This document shows positions 11,128 through 24,258 of a stretch of DNA of 64,000 nucleotides, one piece after another. The notes below the pieces were generated by a model. It was not told the DNA's origin and did not search any database. It was given only the letters and a program-made list of their open reading frames with translations. Source of the DNA: Fimicolochytrium jonesii (Eukaryota); NCBI RefSeq assembly GCF_025526975.1, contig NW_026515681.1, positions 620,001-684,000 of the forward strand, written 5' to 3'. Position 1 is the stretch's first letter. Each line of letters begins with the position of its first letter. Made by a program: the position numbers and the translations under genes.

Positions 11128-11636
11128 TTTCTTCTTGCAAACCTGTTGCAAAACAATCACCCGAGAAGGAAGTTTCCCAGCACAGTATATATTATAGGAG
11201 AGTGTTATTATGGACTTGACTTCTGCACTGAGAGCACTCGGTTCAAAGGGAATTTATTGCCTTCGCCATTGCCTTCCTGGGAAGCTCCTCAGTATGACGG
11301 GAGTATGTTAGTGGGGTGCCGTCTGAGGGCCGTCTGAGGTCAGTGAGTGCTCTGTCTGCTAGAAGCAGCACGACCACGACCCTACATAGGACCGAGTGAA
11401 CAACACATTCATCCTGTACATGCTCCCCGACACACTGCTGCAGCCGTTTCCGTTCTCATGGGGGGAAGCCTGTCGCTTGGCTCGGTACTTGACCAATAGA
11501 GAACAGGGACGGTGATGTTTCTTGCTGTTAAATTACGCCCGTTTCTCACCTCATCTACAACAAATCTATCTATGTCTCCCTCCCTCGCTCCTCGCGATAC
11601 ACCCTCCCTCATCGCCCCTTCACCCCCATCCTCTAC

Positions 11637-14059
11637 TCACTCCCTGACCTCAATTCTCAACAACCTATAAAACCCCCTCATCCTCTCCTCAAACCTCCTC
11701 CCGCCCAACAACGTGACACACTTTCCCTTTTTCCCAAACCGCGCCGCCCTGCCGGCCATATGCACATAACTCGCGGGCGAGGTGGGCGGCCCGAGGACAA
11801 AGACGTGGGTGACGGTGGGCAAATCGAGGCCGCGGGATTCGGGTTCGGTCAGGACCAGGATCTGTTTGGTGCCGTGCATGTGGGCGGCGAACGTGTTTTG
11901 TTTGCGTGGGGGTGGGGCGGGATCGTCGGTGAGGGGTGGTTGTTCTTCCACGTATTCTGCGATGGGGCGACTTCGGGGCCGTGCATCGCCATCGGGTATC
12001 GTCTCCCCCGCCGCTGGTCCGTTCTCGGCCTCCCACGCCTCCATATCCTTCTTCCTGGCCTCCAGCTTCCCCGCTCTGACCTCTTTACTGAAATGCTTGC
12101 CGACGCTGTGCCCGACATAATCCAGATTATCGCTTAACCTCCCCGCACGGATGCCCAACGCGTTCAGTTTCTGGACCACCTCCGTCTGCGATATGGAGCT
12201 TTGCACAAACACGAGTGCGGATGTGACGGTATCGTCGTGTATCAGCTTTGCGAGTGTCTCGATGATCGCCGGGTCCGTATCCGGGAGGGCGGGTTCCATT
12301 TCCGCTCGTTCTGTCTCCCGTTTATCCTCTTCCTGATATCTCTTGGGTGGTGTCAGCGTCATCGGCCGGCCGTACTTGTCGAACAAGATCGCCTGGTGGG
12401 TGAGTGTATCGGGTGTACGGGTCGTCCCCGAGACATCGACGGCGACGGCGTGGTGCATCCACCCGCGCATGTTGGTGAGTTCGCGGCGGAGGTTGTTGTT
12501 GAGGGTGGCGGAGCAGGCGATGGTTTGCATTCTGCGTTTCGCGGGGTCGGAGATGACCGCCGTGTTAATGTTGACGGTTTCGTTTGTACTTTCTTGAGCG
12601 GTTATGTCCCCGCCCGCGACTTTTCGGGCGAGGGAGCGGTGTTTGTAGATCCTTTTCAGGAGGAGATCACCGGCTAAAGGGTGTGTGATCTTGTTGAAGC
12701 GGGTTTTGACTGTATCGTATCGTTGACGCGCCTCAACCAGCCTATCGACCTCATCTAGCACGAGGAGCTGCAATCTAGAAACATCGAACGCACGTTGGTT
12801 GTACAGTTCCGTGAGGCGGTTGGGCGTGCCGATGAGGATTTTAGGTGTGCATTGCTTCAGCAGTTCTTTCTGCACATCGATATCGACACCCGCGACCACG
12901 CATTGCACAAGCTTTGCTGCGGCCATCTCGGCTTCTGGTGACTTTAAGGATTTGTGGCGGAGGGCGGGTGAGAGGTCTTTTATCCAGGCTGTTAGCTGCA
13001 GCGCTAATTCTCTGGTAGGCACCATACATAAGGTATGCAGGTATCGCTGCGAATGCGCCTTAGCCTTCTCTCCTTTTCTTTGATACAACTTGTCCCCTTT
13101 ATGCGCGACGAGACTTTCCGCTGCGTCTACAACATCCTCCGCCTCCACGTCCACCCCATCTTCCAGCTCCTTTTGCTTTGCAGCTGCTGATAAGAGTAAT
13201 TTAGGATGCGATTTGCTGACGATCGCAGTGACAAGGGCTATCGTTTTGCCGGATCCGGTAATGTCCTTCACAAACAGGTCGTTCGGGCTCAAAGCGGCGG
13301 GTATCATTTGACGCTGTACTTCCGAGGCGAATGAGATGTTGAATTTTTCAAAGAGGGCTTTTTCGACGCGTGGGGGGATGCCTAGTTGGCCGAATGTTAC
13401 ATCGTCCTGTAAGTCAGAGGGAGAGTGTCAATAACGAAGCGGGAACTGGGGCAATGCATGGATGAACGCTGATAGGCGATGGATAGATGAAGACCGATGG
13501 TTGAGGCGATACCCTGCTCGCTCCGCTCGCGACAAGGATGTTAACTGCGTGTTCTCAGAAGAACCGTCCGCTGACGCTCACCATCTCCACCACCCTCACT
13601 AATCGGTCTCTGGGTCTCTCTCTACATTACCTCAGCCCTTGCAATCCCCAACAGGGGCTCCACAACTTTCTCCTTCTTTACCCTCTCCTTCATCACCTCC
13701 TCCTCCCCATTTCCATCCACTCTCTGCGTAGCAAACCACTTCTCCTTTGCAGCAGCGGAGACGAGCTTTGTCGCCGTCTGTTCGATATCCTCAGCGTGTC
13801 GTTTGCGCGACGCCCAGTCCTGGAGCACCTTTTGGGTCTTTGACGCGTGGGTTTGGGTTGTAGAGGAAGCGAGCGGATGGAGCTTAGAAGACGCCGCTGT
13901 TCGAACTGCTCGAGTGTTCCTCGGTTGGAACGAGAGAGCGTGCAGGCAAAAGAGGCAGGTAGAGGCGGCGACGGCGGTTGTAGTTCGCCGGCGGTGCCGC
14001 TCGAGTACAGCTGTTGAGTAGCTTGCCCTAGTAGGCAGGACGTTGCGAGGGACGACCAT
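11637..14059 (-). CDS. DEAD-box RNA helicase, probably mitochondrial
   Basis: Q motif (SEVQRQMIP), TGSGKT, PTREL, GTPNRL, DEVD, SAT, SRGLD and YVHMAGRAAR. The N-terminus is Arg/Ser/Thr-rich and presequence-like. The 5' exon structure is approximate. Confidence 0.88.
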
Positions 14060-14592
14060 TGCCTGAGTGAGGGAGGGAGGGGGAGGGAGTGCCGATCGTT
14101 ACTTGGCAGTTTGCAGTTGCTCTTCCAGAGAGCGTCGCTTGTTGTTGAATTGAGAATTGAGAATTGCATTGAATTGCTTTAATTGCATTGAATTGAGGAT
14201 CACACGCAGTCATGTGACTGTCGCCTGCATTTGTTTTCACGCCAGCTTTTTTGATGCAGTGACATTCCCACTCACTCTTCCCCCCACCTCCATTGCAAGC
14301 GGGAACCCAGTCAGTGTCGGAGACTTACTAGTTCTTCCTCAACCACATATACATAGTACATATACTCAGTGCGCAACCTGGTTGGTACCTCTTGCCCACG
14401 AGCGGTCCGCCCGTGCGTGGATAGTCATCATAGTAGCGTACGAGTGAGGAGCCTGCCGACATAGCAAACCCTCGAGCCTCGTGGGAAAGGCGAAGCTTAC
14501 AGTAGATCACCTCAAGGCGGTTGGAGAAAGGAACCTGCAGACTCTGAGAAAGCCCATCGGTGCCAGCTAGCTACGACCAAGCGAGAGCAGAT

Positions 14593-17500
14593 ATGGGACG
14601 TCCATGCACATCGTTCGAGGGCCTCGTCGCAGAACTCCACAAATCAGGCTCCGCTGGGAATACGACACCTTTATCGGAAACGCTGGAGGCCCTACGCTCG
14701 CTACCTTATCCGCTCAAACAGTGCAAAACAGAGGTGAGTTCTTATGGGGAGCAATTTGGGGCCATTAGTGGGGCATCATACGACCTCGTAGAAAATAGCA
14801 TAGGACCTACCCTTCTTGTCTACGTTTTCAATACAATATAATATCCATACCCACATTTCTCTGTCCTCCCTCTCATATGTCAAGAGCGTGCGATCGTTGA
14901 TTACTTTTGGAAAAGAGAAATGCGTGGGGAGCAATCTGACTGCAGGCTTTGCCGGCGTCCTCTTTTGTCTCTTTAGCAAACAGAAGGTGCCGTACACTTG
15001 TTTCCTTATCCGCCCGCTGCAGGTGCAGATCCTCATACAATTGTCCATCAAATGAAGGTTACCTTCACATCGGAGAGTGTCCAGCAAGAGGTCGTTGGCG
15101 CATCCGTCGAATTCCTGTTCACCATCCTTCATCGAAAAAATCATCTTCCTCCATCTCCCCCATCAGAGGAAGACCTGAACGTAACCGCTCTTCGGACCCT
15201 AAGCTGCGTCCTATACGAGAACGGAGCGGCTTGCATAAAGGTAGACCTCGATTTTTGGCGATACCGTGTTGCCAAACCTTGGCGGTTGCATCTGACCCGG
15301 CATCATCTTCCAATTACCGCAGCTCCACCCCCAAATCCTCTCCGTCCTCATACCCCTCGGAACATCACCAGTCCAACGCGACGAAGATCTCGAAGCCCGA
15401 CGGATGGCTTTAACGTGTCTGGGCAACCTTTGCGTCAAGACAGGCGCGAAAGCGACCAACCTGCAAAAGCAGGTGCTGGGCGTTTTGATGGGCAATCTGC
15501 ATGTCGATGTTTCTGATGAGGCGAGGCTTAAGGTGGGGGACAAGTCGCCAGTGAACCGGATGGTTCGTCATTTTCTTCAACATCTGCATGACCGGGGCTT
15601 ACGATTCTTCAGGTCGTGAGCGCGGCATTGCGAGGAATACAGCTTCTCACAAACGAGAACAAGGCGGTCGTTCAGGAGGATGTCTCTGCGCTACTGCAAC
15701 TTGTGCAAAAGTACGGGTTGTTGCCTTTGTCGCTTGGTGCGGTGCCCAACGCAGGTGCGTTGTTTGATCGGTATATTCTGGAATCCTCGGTGCGCGCCCC
15801 CTAACTCATCGTTTCGGTCACTTGAATTTAGCATCGAAACAACATTCGAAACGCCCACAGGTGTTGCCATCTGACTCGGAAATGTCGGAAGGCGAGAACG
15901 GCTTACCGCGGAATAGGTATACTTCCCATACCTCCGGGATTGCGGACACCCGTTTGGCTGAACATGAATAACCCGACAAACATGCATTCTCCTTGCCAGG
16001 CACGTCGACAACCGCCTCCAACTCAACTCCCTCCTCTGTCTCCAATCCCTCGCAAAGGTAAACCCCATCCCCAACTCCCCGCGTCCTCTAACCCCAAATC
16101 TAACCATAAGGTTTCCCTCCACCAGGCCCACACAAAGCAAGTCTTCCCCTACTGGTTCCGCTTCCTCCCCGACCCCGTCGAAGGGCCACACGCACCGTCG
16201 CTGATCTCGGTCATGAGGGATAGCGAGTCGCCGAAGATTAGGCATGCGGCGTGTGCGGCGTTAATGGCGTTTTTGGATGGGAGTAGGACGTATCTTTCTG
16301 TTGCTGAGGATAGGTGGGTTGAGGTGTGGTTGTGTATCGCCGGGGTTTCTTGTGGGCACGAGGGCTGACCGTGTTTGCGCATCATGCAGTGCGGATAATC
16401 GGAACGCGGCGTTTATCTCCCTATCCGTCAAACTCGCCGAACAGCTACGCGAAATCCACACCGGGTTGCTCAAATGCGTGCGGGAAGAGTCGTGGCCTTT
16501 GCTGGTGACGCAGGAGATGAAGGTGCGCGCGCCAGCTCCCATGCACTATGCCAATTCATCACTGTCTAATATCCCAAGCGTATGGAATCGCAGTGTCTAG
16601 CAGTCCTCATCCGAAACTGTCCCTACGACCGTCTCCGCCACAACTACCGCCACGACGCCTACATCGCCGTGCGTGACCGGATCACCCACGAAGGTAATAT
16701 AGCCTCCCCACTCCTTCTCACCCAATGCTCCCCCAATCCTCACCCCCTCCAACAGACTTTGGCATAACCTCCGCCTCCTTCGAAGTCATCTCCGCCCTCC
16801 TCGACGCCCACATGCCCCTCCCGGCCTCCTCCCCCCTGCTCGAAACGCTGTTTGAGTATCTCAACAGGGACGAACATATTTACGTGCGGGTTGCGGCCTT
16901 GGATGTGTTTTGTGCGGTTGCGAGGAATTGTGTTGAGGTTTTTGGGTGAGTTTCATGAGTTTCCATGTGTGGTTTGTTGGGGCGCTGGGCTGATGGGGTT
17001 TTTGGGATTGGTGTAGGACGATATGGCCGCGGTTGATAAAGGCGATGGAAGAGTCGTTGGAGGATCCGAAGGAGGCTGTTAGAGCTGCGGCATATAAGGT
17101 TATTGAGCAATATGCGCACTCGTGTTCGACTGCTGATGAGAGTGTGATGGTACGTCGGGCAACCGTTCGTTTCTCCATGCCGAACCATACGATATTGACC
17201 TCGATCCACCCAAAACAGACCCAAGACCCAACCTTCTGGCTCCACCTCCTCGACACCTACGCCCACACCGGCATCCGCGACCCCTTCTACGCCGTCCGCA
17301 CCCTCGCCGTCGACTGTCTCGGGCACATCCCCTCCTCCATCTTCTCCTCGCTCCCTCCAAAACGCCAATACGCCTGCCTGGCCCTCGCCCTCGGCACCGT
17401 GCAGGATGACGACCACAATGTGCGAGCCGCGGCGTGCAGGACGTTGGGGGTTTATGTGGGGTTTAGGGCTGTGCAGGAGGATGTGTTGTTTTTGACGGAT

Positions 17501-18605
17501 GTGGCGACGACTATACCGGGGTTGATGGGGGATGCGAATGTGGGTGTTCGGGTTAGGGCGAGTTGGGCGTTGGCGAATTTGGGGGATGCGCTGACGAAAG
17601 TTAGCGAGCTACATACCCAACGAGAACAACAAATCGCATCATCACCACCACCCATATCGGATATTCAACAACCCAACACCCTCGCCGAATCGGGCCTAAC
17701 CCCCGCCCTTCTAACAACCCTCCTCCACTCCTCCCTCCTCGCCGCAAAAGACAATGAAAAATGCAAATCGAACGGCACGCGGGCCCTGGGCAACATCATC
17801 CGCGTCTGCCCACCCCACCTGCTCGCCCGCGAACAGCACGGATTGATGAAAGATGTGATCAGCGTGGTTCTGAAGAATGTGGAGACCGGGTTGGCGAAGA
17901 CGAGGTGGAATGCTTGTTATGCTTTGAGTAATATCCTCCGAACACCTGGGTTACCGCTGTTCCCGCCGACTGCGACTTCAACGACGCCCGTGTCGCCGTA
18001 CACCAACCCCTCCGCCTCCGCCTCCTCCACCCTCCTTTCCACAATCTACACAACCCTCACGAAAACACTCCTAACCTCCAAAAACTACAAAGTGCGGATC
18101 GCAGCAGCCCACGCGATGACGGCGCCGCCGGGGAGGGTGGAGGCGTATGGTGGCGGGGAGGTTGTGAGGGGGTTGATGGGGGCGTGTGTGAGGGCGGCGG
18201 GGGCGGTGGAGGATTTGGAGGGGGTGGGGTTTGGGGAGGTGAGGTATCGGGAGGTGCTGGGGGGGCAGGTATGTTGACTTTGCTTCCTGTTGAGGTGCGC
18301 TGGAGGCAATAGGGCATGATATTCACATTATTGGTTGCACCTTCGATAAGATTCGCACGACATTCACACATCTACTGCGAGTCCTTGAGGGCGATGCAAT
18401 CACCGCCGCCGCAGATGTTTCCCCATCACATACCGAATCGCCACCCGCATCGACATTGTCCATTTCAATATCACCACCACCGCAACTACAACAGCAGCAG
18501 CAGCTACGCTCAGACGACCCGGAAGTGGCCGAGATGTGTCGGCAATTAGATGCCTTGACTGTCCCCACTCCTCCTCCTCCCCCGCCCACAATCACGGCGC
18601 CGTGA
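14593..18605 (+). CDS. HEAT-repeat protein, HEATR6/DUF4042-like; multi-exon
   Basis: ALRTLSCVLYENG, LTCLGNLC, VFPYWFRFLPD...SLISVMRDSESPKIRHAACAALMAFLDGSR, VRVRASWALANLGD, KTRWNACYALSN and KNYKVRIAAA. Confidence 0.8.
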
Positions 18606-19037
18606 ATGTGGATTAAACGTGGGTTTGCATTTACGACGGAGGATGGATGGTATTTCTGATACTTTTTTGGGGGGTTGGAGAAACTTTGTACGTGCGGAAT
18701 AGAGAGGCTCTCACAGCCATTTGAAGTCAGATACAGTGCACACTGAAATTGCGTTCGATAGGCAAGGGCTTTTTTCTAAAGTATACCGTTGGAGACACCT
18801 TGCCTTTCGCAGCTCAGGGGCGCATGCCTAGATGCCCTCCCCAAGCACATGAGTGAAGGGCTTTCTGCCCTCCAAGTCCGCAAGGCCACAACCATAGATT
18901 CTCAGAGGCATGGCAAAGTGTACGAGGCTAACATGAAAAAGCCACGTTCCGGTGGCTGTTCGGAGGGCACGGCGATTGACAGGATTCACGGCTGTCATGC
19001 AAGCGCAATTGACAGGATTCTCCTGGGCCGCTTTCCG

Positions 19038-19067
19038 CCCCCCCCCCCCCCCCCCCCCCCCCCCCCC
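19038..19067. repeat. Poly-C homopolymer (30 nt)
   Basis: Seen directly. Other runs are at 3867-3878 (C12) and 29452-29474 (C23, intronic). Confidence 0.95.
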
Positions 19068-19767
19068 TTTGGCGTGGACATGGAGGTGTCAAACCACTTC
19101 CCATTCCCACGGAAACCACCACCTACCACTTCTACGACCCGATGTCGCGCTCTCAGTTCGGTACCGGTTTCACTGCCACTGACCTCGGAGAGCCGGAGAG
19201 TCCTCAGACCAGAGATCTCCACAATTCCAGGTATCTCGGCCTTGGGGACAAATCCAACGACGTACAGTACCTACATCGCAGATCAAGAATGTTATAATCG
19301 CATCAAGATGGATGACGCTTCAGCGGAAGCGGCCGCGAAACACACTGGGTAACATCGCCTGGGAGGCCGAGAGAGACATCATGTTACCTGGGCAATCACC
19401 GTTACCGACAGCTGCAGGTGCAAACACCACTTTGCGACGATGTTCGCCGTTTGCAAATACAAAGTTCCTACGATGATCTCACAAGGCTAGGAAGATGGGT
19501 ACAGAGAACACCTAGAACATCATGCGCGAGACGACGCTATTGCTGAAACACTGGTGATCGATGACGGCAGACGTCCCAGCACTTGAAAGGAGAAAGATTG
19601 GCGGACCTTTCGAGCCCGGTGCCCTAGGCGGGCTGACCGACCGTGCTGCTTTCACCCTGTAGGGATGTGGGTTGGATGTTGTTCTGTGCTGTGCAGCATT
19701 CCCTTCCATGTGGTGACACTTCTAGTTCCTCATTGGCATCAGGAACAAGAGCGAGCTCTTCGGAACT

Positions 19768-21188
19768 ATGGAAAGAGCCCTTGACGAATCAATGACACGA
19801 ATCAGGAGATTCGAGAGTGACGCCAATGCAGCGGGCGATCCAATTCCCATGCAAGCCGAGTTCAATCGTCAGATGACACTTAGGGAACAGGTTGACAGGC
19901 AGCTTGCCGACCTGCTTCACCTGCCTGGTACTCCATCCGATCGCAAAACCGACTGGAACCGGGGCACCATCACTGCGATCCCTGGGCACAAAAGGATGTT
20001 AGAGGCAACCGATCTGGACGGTCTGACACATGAGGAGGGGGCAAGCTTGTAGAAGTACGGTGAACTCCGAGCAACCAGCGCTCCACGCTTCACATGTCCG
20101 CCAAGCTGGCCGGGACTTATTGGTGCTGGTTTTGCTTTCGCCGGGCCGTTCACTTGAATGCCCCGCCTGTGCTACACAGCACCATGGGCAAAACCGGTTA
20201 CGTGTTTATGCACGCCGGGTGCAGGGATCTCGTGGAAATCCACAAAGCGGACCATTTCTGCTCCCTGCACAAATTACTCCGAGATTATCGCCCTACACCA
20301 AGCATGTTGCGAAACGAAATGGTCACGTACAACCATTCGGCATATCCGATCATCCTGCAACCTACAGCATGTGAACATAAAGCTGGATACACGCGTCCGA
20401 GCTTGGCCGGCCCCTGCCCCAGCCGCCGCAGTCGCGCACGGGCACTGACTCAATCACTCGTGCATCTAGGTTTATGTTCACATACTGTACCTACCGAGGC
20501 AATCGATGCCCCAACAACGATTTACGGTGGAGGTGGAGGGATGCGAAGAAAAATCGGGTTGGACCATCCGTGCACACTAGTCGGCTGCACCAAGAGATTT
20601 TCAGCAGAAACAATGGTTCCGCGAGCATATGGATGAACACGGGGGCCAGCCGGCGGCCCCATCATCCTTGTACCAAAATGGGATGCAAGAAAATCCCTGT
20701 CACGGCGCTGACGACTCTGAGCAATCATCTCCCGCGACACAATCGCAAGTTCACATGCACGCACGAGTGCTGTAAAATGCCGTTTTACGCATCAGTTGAC
20801 CTCGGTTCCAATGTTCCAATGTCAATGACACCAACACCGACACCAGACCCAAGGATCCACGCCATGAAAATCGACTCCGACGAGGACATCGCAATCGACC
20901 TCACAGCAGACAGACTCGTTCACCGTCACACGCCGCAAACGTGAAGCTGGCTCCTCATCCTCATCCTCTGTCGTTGTCAAACGTGCCAAAACAGGGGAGG
21001 GGGGTGTGATTGATCTTGTAAAGCAGGAGGGTGAAGGGGTGAGGGAGAAGGAGGAGATGCGGGTGTTGAGAGAGCAGGTGCGGAGTTTGCAGGAGAGGTT
21101 GGGGAGACAGGGGGAGGCGAGTGGGAGTGGGAGTGGGAGTGGGGATGGACCGGCTGGACTGGCTGCTCAATCGTCTTCGACGGCGTAA
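19768..21188 (+). pseudogene. Decayed C2H2 zinc-finger / coiled-coil gene
   Basis: Fragments in shifting frames: HPCTLVGCTKRFS, HPCTKMGCKK...LSNHLPRHNRKFTCTHECCKMPF and a coiled-coil EEMRVLREQVRSLQERL. No clean intron model joins them. Confidence 0.5.
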
Positions 21189-21578
21189 ATCTTTTTCGCG
21201 CGGCGTTCAACCTTGGGACAGGTTCGTTATCATGCGCCACGGCAGTTGCGACCTGCATATGGGCTTTCATCAGCAGCTTTCAGCGTATTTCTCTTCACTA
21301 TCCCTATCTGGCCCCCTACTGCAAAGATGTTTTCCACCCTTCCACGTTATAACCATCGCACAAAGTCTTGCTGGTCAGAGAAATCGAATGTGAGCATTTG
21401 CCTATTGTACGAATGTCAATGAACAGGATTTTGAGCAAAAAAGATGGATAAGAGTGGGATATATACTGTACAAAGGGAACTACGTTTCCCGGCGAAGCGG
21501 TTGTGGCGGGGGCCGGGAGGAGCGTCTGGGGGCCGAAGCTATATACACGACGTGGTGGTGCTGGGACTATCACTGCAA

Positions 21579-23769
21579 CTACTGCGGTTGTGGCTGGTCA
21601 ACCACCCCCGATGCGTTGGAGAGGTAGTTGCGTTTATACCAATGACTATAGTAGATCAGGATACACGTCGGCTGGCCAACTACACGAAAGCATCACGGTT
21701 TCAGCTGGAGAATCAGAAACCCACATTGGGGATTACGAAAAGGGGGCGGCAACTTAACTGATCGTAAACGAGATCCAAAACATGTAGTTCCCCACCGTGT
21801 CAAACAACACCTCGTTCTTTTTCCGGAGCGGTTCGAGGGCTTTTGTTTGCAGGATTAGGGGGAGTTGGAGCATCATTGCCCTGAGAAACATCATAGTAAG
21901 CGTCCCAGACCCCTACACCCCATTCGCATATAAACATCCACCCACACACACACACAACACACACCCAACTCACCCAAAAGCCCACCCATTCAACGCCCTA
22001 GTCGGCACACCCACCAACAGTTCATGCAACGCCGCAGAAATAACAAACACGGCAATGGACGCGACCACGGGCGACAGTTTGTACTTGACGATGAGGGGGA
22101 GGTACACGTGTCGTTTGCCCCAGTAGTGTACCGGGGTGTTCCAGAGCCGCCAGTATTCTGCTATGTCTTTTGCGTTCCACCTGCCCGGGGGGGCGTAATC
22201 AGACATCACATCAGTTGGCCTGTGGGGTGGTACGTCAAACGGAATTGGCCAATGAGATAGTTTCACCTACCAAGCAAGATAAAACCTCCGATCCCCAAAC
22301 CGACACACCTCCGCCACCATGTTCAACCCGCACTGGAACACCACATAGAACATCAACAGCCACATGACAACGCTGACGATGCTCAGTTTCAGGACGCGTT
22401 CAAAGAGGTGGATCAGGTCGAGGTCGTCCAGGGCTTTTAGACTGTTTTGCAGGGTGGGCGCGGCGTATTGCCCGCCGAGGAGGTAGAGTGCTGCTAGGCC
22501 CGTGATGAATTCGAGGAGGCGTTTGGCGAAGAAGGTGGGGCGGAATGCGGGGGTTAGGGGGTAGGCTGTTTGGTAGCACTGTTGTGTGGATTGGGGGAGA
22601 GAGTTTCAGTGAATATTCGAGAGTGGGTATGAGATGAATATGGTGCGACATTACCAGTGTAGGACAAAAAACAAAATACAGCAGATTCCCCAACGTCAGA
22701 TTCGTCGGGTATGGCGTCTGATCGACATCAAACCGTTTCTCTTCCTCCGCCGCCAGCGACGCGTCCTGGGATGTCGGCTCGTGGCGGCGGGCGGGCGCAA
22801 CTTTATAGAAACTCTCGGATCGGAGGTCGCTGTTGACTAGGACGTAGGATATTAGTTTTAGGGTGAGGATTGTTGCGCCGATTAGGTTTAGGGCTGATAA
22901 GGCCTGTAGGTTGTGATTTGTTAGCGCTGCGCTGGTGGGGGTTTTGGGGATGATGTTGGTTTGCGCAAACGTACTGGATGCCAGATGTAGGACCATGAAA
23001 GAAATGTAGGGATCCCGATCGCGGCCGCGATGTTGATCACATTGCACATAGTGATATAGCTCGAAGTTGCTCCCTTGCGCATCTCGGAGTGGGCCAGGAT
23101 TTGCAGCGTGTATGCGACGAGAATGGTCATCTGCGGTGGAAAGTAAATGCTAGCGACGTCCAGAAAGAGACGCGTAGAAATGCACGTACCAGCTGCACAG
23201 CATGGCTGATGACAGTCCATTTGAAATCGACAGCTCGGAAGGACGAGAACGGCAGCGAGAGCAGGAGTCCGTATTTCATGTAGTTTTCCACCATAAGGCG
23301 GATGTTGGACACCGCGAGGAGGAGCATGGCGAGGTTGTAAAATCCGCGAAAGTTCTGTTCGGGACTCTGCGTGAAGAACGCGGTAGTCAGCACTTTGTCC
23401 GTCCATATGAACTTTCCGATTCTCCCCGCATACCTCTTTGGACAACGGCGACGCCCGTATCGTCGTATGCACAACATACGTATGACTATACTTCGTAAGC
23501 CTTCCCGATTTCTTGAACGGGGTCGGGCTCCCCGGAATTCTCACCCCGTTCGCCACGCGACTCCCAGCAGGACTCACGTCCCGTCGCCCTATTCGCGTAT
23601 CAGCCACGCGTCGAAGAGCGGGGCTTGAGTCTCGGGAAGCTTTTTGGTCGACGGATTGGCTGCGGAACTTTCGGTTTCGGACTACGGGGGAGCTTGTGCG
23701 GGACCTGCGGGGTGGAGTGCCCGGCGTGCCTAAATGCTGGTTGGGGATGGCTAGATCTGGGCCGTTCAT
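21579..23769 (-). CDS. DGAT1: Diacylglycerol O-acyltransferase 1 / sterol acyltransferase (MBOAT family); multi-exon
   Basis: RASPLSKE|SPEQNFRGFYNLAMLLLAVSNIRLMVENYMKYG, LKLISY, YPTNLTLGNLLYFVFCPTL, WNAKDIAEYWRLWNTPVHYW, ISAALHELLVGVP (catalytic His) and GNYMFWISF..GQP. Confidence 0.9.
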
Positions 23770-24203
23770 GGTGCCGAACGTTCGTTCGGCCAGGGCGGGT
23801 ACCTGACTGAGTGAGCTGAGATAAAAGGTGTGGTGGAGTATGCGAACGGAAGGAGGCCAACGTCTTCGTCGGGTGAACCAGAGAGTCGTGCGTGGCCAAG
23901 TCGCTGGTCCCCAGTCTTAGAATTGCTGTTAACTTCAAAATCAGGTACGAGTTTCGGCGAGAGCACGAGCGCCGAACGAGTTTCCAGACAGGCCGAGATA
24001 CACTATGAGCAGAGAAACGAGCTTTGCTGGCTGTGCGTTTGCAGTTGTGGAAGTGGAGTCTCGTCGTCGTTGCAGTTCAGGGCGGCCCTGCATCTTGGGG
24101 GGGCAGGGCTTCGAGCGTGGGGAGCTCGTCAGTCGCTCGGGGCTTTCTCACGCGTCGTCTGCCCAACGTCACTTCTGGGGCAACTTTTCCCACGAAACCC
24201 AAC

Positions 24204-24251
24204 AACCACTCATCCCGCTCAGCAACACACAACCACTCATCCCGCTCAGCA
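24204..24251 (+). repeat. Short tandem duplication (~27 bp period) just upstream of the kinase ATG
   Basis: AACCACTCATCCCGCTCAGCA occurs twice. Confidence 0.85.
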
Positions 24252-24258
24252 CCACCCA

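Noticed and set aside
18789..19352. ORFs with poly-Pro/poly-Gly
   Set aside because: These are translation artefacts of the C30 homopolymer.
23830..24258. Long N-terminal extension of the kinase ORF
   Set aside because: It uses a non-ATG start and runs through the divergent promoter. The ATG at 24259 precedes the FHA domain.
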